From positions 1-64,000 of the forward strand of contig JBBRPR010000002.1 of assembly GCA_038227875.1 (NCBI GenBank): a stretch of 64,000 nt of DNA, in the 5' to 3' direction. Positions 61,283-64,000 of the stretch are shown in pieces; position 1 is the first letter of the stretch; each line of letters begins with the position of its first letter. A program made the translations under genes and the position numbers. The stretch comes from Planctomycetota bacterium (lineage in GTDB: Bacteria > Planctomycetota > SZUA-567 > H5-PLA8). The notes under the pieces are model-generated. The model ran no database searches, had not been told where the DNA came from, and was given only the letters and a program-made list of their open reading frames with translations.

Positions 61283-62856
61283 GCGAAACTGAGGAAACTC
61301 GGCGGGTTTCGCGGCGCTACATTCCCGGCAAGACCGGGCGCCTGGTCGATATTCGCACCGATGCTTCCATTCAGGAACGACTCAAAGCCTACGAAGAAGA
61401 AGCCGGAAAGCTCGCCCTGCTGCTGCAGATGTCGACGATCCTGGCCTCCGAAAAAGAATTGGATGTGCTGCTGACGGAGATCGTCGGCCACACCACCAGC
61501 ATGATGGGCTGCGAACGGTCCAGCGTGCTGCTGGCCGACCACGGCACCAACGAACTCTACGCGCTCGTCGCCGAAGGTCTCGACTGCAAGGAACTCCGTT
61601 TCAGCATGGACAAGGGCATCGCCGGCTACGTGGCGCGGACCGGCGAGTCGCTGAATATTCCCGATGCGTACGCCGATGCGCGTTTCAATCAGGCCGTCGA
61701 CAAGGCCACGGGCTTCCGCACGGTTTCGATTCTCTGCATGCCGCTGCTCGACCGAGCCGGCCGGACGCTGGGCGTGATCCAGTGTCTCAACAACAAAAAC
61801 CCGTCCGGCAAGATCGTGCCCTTCGATCAATCGGAAGAGGTGTTTCTTTCCGCGGTCGCGGGCCAGGCCTCGATTCTGCTCGAGAATAGTTCGCTCAACC
61901 GGCGCATGGACAAGCTCTTTGAAGCGTTCGTGATCGCGACCAGCCGATCGATCGACGATCGCGATCCGTGCACCAGCGGCCATTCGCGGCGCGTCACGGC
62001 GTATTCGCTGAACCTCGCGCGCGCGGTCCACGAATGCAACGTGCCGCCGTTCGATCAGCATGTGTACACGCGCGAACGCATGCGCCAGTTGCGCTACGCC
62101 TGCCTGCTCCACGACGCTGGGAAGATCGGCGTACGCGAGAACGTGCTCTGCAAGGCGACGAAGATCAGCGTCGCAGCGCTGGAAGCGGTGCGCGAGCGCT
62201 TCAAATACATGCGCGAAAAATCGCGCGCCGACGGGCTGGCCAAGTGCCTGGCGGAGAAGCTCGATCCGGAGAAGTACCTCGCCGAGCACCACGAACCGCA
62301 CCTGTTAAAGCTCAGCGACGCGCTGGCGTTGATTGAAGCGGTCAACGTGGCCACGTTCACATCGCCCGAGCAGGCGGACAAGTTGCGCGTGCTGGAAGCG
62401 CTGACGTGGATCACGCCGGCGGAGTGCGAGAATCTTTCGGTCATCCGCGGCAACCTGACGGCGACCGAATGGGAGGACATGCGCAGCCACGTGACGAAAA
62501 GTTACCGCATGCTGCTGCCGATTCCCTGGCCGGAGGAAATGCGCGATCTGCCGGAAGTCGCCTACGCGCATCACGAAAAGTACGACGGCAGCGGCTACCC
62601 CCGGCGCTTGAAAGCCGGCGAGATTCCGTTCGACGGACACATCATGTGTGTGGCGGACATCTACGACGCGCTGACGGCGTCCGACCGCCCGTACAAAAAA
62701 GCGATCCCGCACGAACGCGCGAAAAAAATCCTGATGGAAGAGGAAGCGGCGAAAGGCAAGATTCTGCCCGAGCTGGTCGAACTGTTCTTCGCGCAGAAGT
62801 GCTATGAGATTTCGCCGGATAAATTCGGGAGCGGGTTGTTTGAGGCTGTGCAATAA
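61279..62856 (+). CDS. GAF plus HD-GYP phosphodiesterase
   Basis: GIAGYVA...DAYADARFN, GHSRRV, LLHDAGKIG, HHEKYDGSGYP, ADIYDALT. Confidence 0.92.
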   Translation: MSETEETRRVSRRYIPGKTGRLVDIRTDASIQERLKAYEEEAGKLALLLQMSTILASEKELDVLLTEIVGHTTSMMGCERSSVLLADHGTNELYALVAEGLDCKELRFSMDKGIAGYVARTGESLNIPDAYADARFNQAVDKATGFRTVSILCMPLLDRAGRTLGVIQCLNNKNPSGKIVPFDQSEEVFLSAVAGQASILLENSSLNRRMDKLFEAFVIATSRSIDDRDPCTSGHSRRVTAYSLNLARAVHECNVPPFDQHVYTRERMRQLRYACLLHDAGKIGVRENVLCKATKISVAALEAVRERFKYMREKSRADGLAKCLAEKLDPEKYLAEHHEPHLLKLSDALALIEAVNVATFTSPEQADKLRVLEALTWITPAECENLSVIRGNLTATEWEDMRSHVTKSYRMLLPIPWPEEMRDLPEVAYAHHEKYDGSGYPRRLKAGEIPFDGHIMCVADIYDALTASDRPYKKAIPHERAKKILMEEEAAKGKILPELVELFFAQKCYEISPDKFGSGLFEAVQ

Positions 62857-62871
62857 GGACAGCAGCTCCAT

Positions 62872-62957
62872 GAAATTTTGAATTCTCAATTCTAAATTTT
62901 TAATGACTGCCAGGCATGAAGTGCATTCAAAATTAAGAATTCAAAATTCAAAATTTC
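62872..62957. terminator. Inverted heptamer arrays (AATTTTG)n / (CAAAATT)n between convergent genes
   Basis: gaaattttgaattctcaattctaaatttttaatg ... cattcaaaattaagaattcaaaattcaaaatttc. Confidence 0.55.
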
Positions 62958-62979
62958 CCGGACCGCTTCAAAGTCGCAA

Positions 62980-63264
62980 TTATTTTCGAGTGTTGCGCTT
63001 CTTTGCCTTCGCGCGCTTTGCCTTAGCGCCTCCCGGCGGGCCGCCGGGGCCGCCGAGCATTTTGCGCAACATGCCCAGACCTTCGGCGTTCAGTTCAGGC
63101 GGTGCTTCGGGCGGGGGCGGGGGCGGGGTGCTCGGGCGCTTCAGGCGTTCCTCGATCAGCATCGCGATGAAGCGATCGGGCGAGACGCCGGCCTTGACGG
63201 ACTCTTCGATCAGACGCATCGCGCCCGCTTGCGGAATGCGGATGGTAATTTCAGTCATTTCCAT
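62980..63264 (-). CDS. Small hypothetical protein (possible ribbon-helix-helix start, Pro-rich, basic tail)
   Basis: MTEITIRIP...LIEESVKAGVSPDRFIAMLIEERL. Confidence 0.5.
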   Translation of the reverse strand: MEMTEITIRIPQAGAMRLIEESVKAGVSPDRFIAMLIEERLKRPSTPPPPPPEAPPELNAEGLGMLRKMLGGPGGPPGGAKAKRAKAKKRNTRK

Positions 63265-63492
63265 TTCAGGGTCTCCAGTACAGAAGTATAGATGTGTCCT
63301 GAAATTCTCAAGGACATGAACGCCGTCCAACCTCTGGCCAATTGGCCAGAACCACAACTAATGGTAGTGTTGTACCTGTAGAACACCTTAGGGACTATAG
63401 TCCCTAAGGTCATTTTGACCTGAGTCCTCCCGAACGCCCTATGGCGTGATTTTCGAGTTTCGATTTAGCCGATTCGGACTACCTTATTTTCC

Positions 63493-64000
63493 ATGAGCGA
63501 AACCACCTCCCCCCATGCCGCACCAACCCGAGTGACGCTGATGTCCATCGGCGACGAACTGCTACTCGGCGAAATCACCGACACCAACATGCCCTGGATC
63601 TCGCGCACGCTGATGCCGCTGGGCATGCTCGTCTGCGGATCGGAGACTGTCGGCGATGAGATGCACGACATCGTCGGCGCGTTTCAACGCGCGCTGGGGC
63701 GCTCGACGGTGGTGATCGCCACGGGCGGACTGGGCCCGACGGCTGACGACATCACCACGGAGGCTCTGGCCAAAGCTGTTGGCGTGGAGATGGAATTTTA
63801 TCAGGAAGTCATGGTTCAGATGGCCGAACGCCTGAAGCGGCCGATCGAGACGCTTTCGGGGAGCAACCGCAAGCAGGCGATCCTGCCCAAGGGTTCGCGC
63901 GTGCTGCGCAACGATTGGGGCACGGCGCCGGGCGTTCACTTCGCAACGACGGATGGCAAACACGTTTTCCTGATGCCCGGCGTCCCGCGCGAGATGAAAG
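63493..64000 (+). CDS. cinA: CinA-family protein, 5' part (runs off the window)
   Basis: SIGDELLLGEITDTN, VGD, TGGLGPTADDIT, NRKQA.LP, NDWGTAPG, MPGVPREMK. Confidence 0.9.
   Translation, partial: MSETTSPHAAPTRVTLMSIGDELLLGEITDTNMPWISRTLMPLGMLVCGSETVGDEMHDIVGAFQRALGRSTVVIATGGLGPTADDITTEALAKAVGVEMEFYQEVMVQMAERLKRPIETLSGSNRKQAILPKGSRVLRNDWGTAPGVHFATTDGKHVFLMPGVPREMK

Overview
High-GC bacterial chromosomal window, probably Planctomycetota/PVC (inferred from membrane-tethered ECF sigma factors, an expanded pseudopilin locus and short-repeat content). From left to right: (1) a minus-strand ~10.8 kb type IV pilin/T2SS pseudopilin operon with seven G|F prepilins (one split by a 1-nt frameshift), a small secreted protein and a 1587-aa PilX/GspK-like protein; (2) gyrB, a site-2 protease, an aconitase with a ~100-aa histone-H1-like tail and vanZ; (3) a tandem array of five paralogous membrane-protein genes plus a relic sixth; (4) pgk, AraC and two Gfo/Idh/MocA oxidoreductases; (5) four tandem paralogous Cys-rich membrane-anchored proteins; (6) amt with a sigma54-like promoter, rpmE-prfA-(EndoIII-like)-prmC, TauE, sialidase, ArsR/SRPBCC, a receiver protein and tRNA-Arg(CCT); (7) nitrilase-family, GntR, DUF4091-like hydrolase, PAS-GGDEF-EAL and two divergent ECF sigma factors; (8) a FeeM-like N-acyl amino acid synthase coupled to a VAO/PCMH flavoprotein; (9) a MotA/TolQ/ExbB gene with two ExbD-like genes; (10) a beta-helix/LamG protein, GAF-HD-GYP and partial cinA. 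The window is rich in 7-nt tandem arrays (some paired as long hairpins, some in or next to prepilin leaders), REP-like elements and loopless intergenic palindromes. No CRISPR array, rRNA, integrase or transposase was seen. All calls come from motif recognition by eye; no database search was run.
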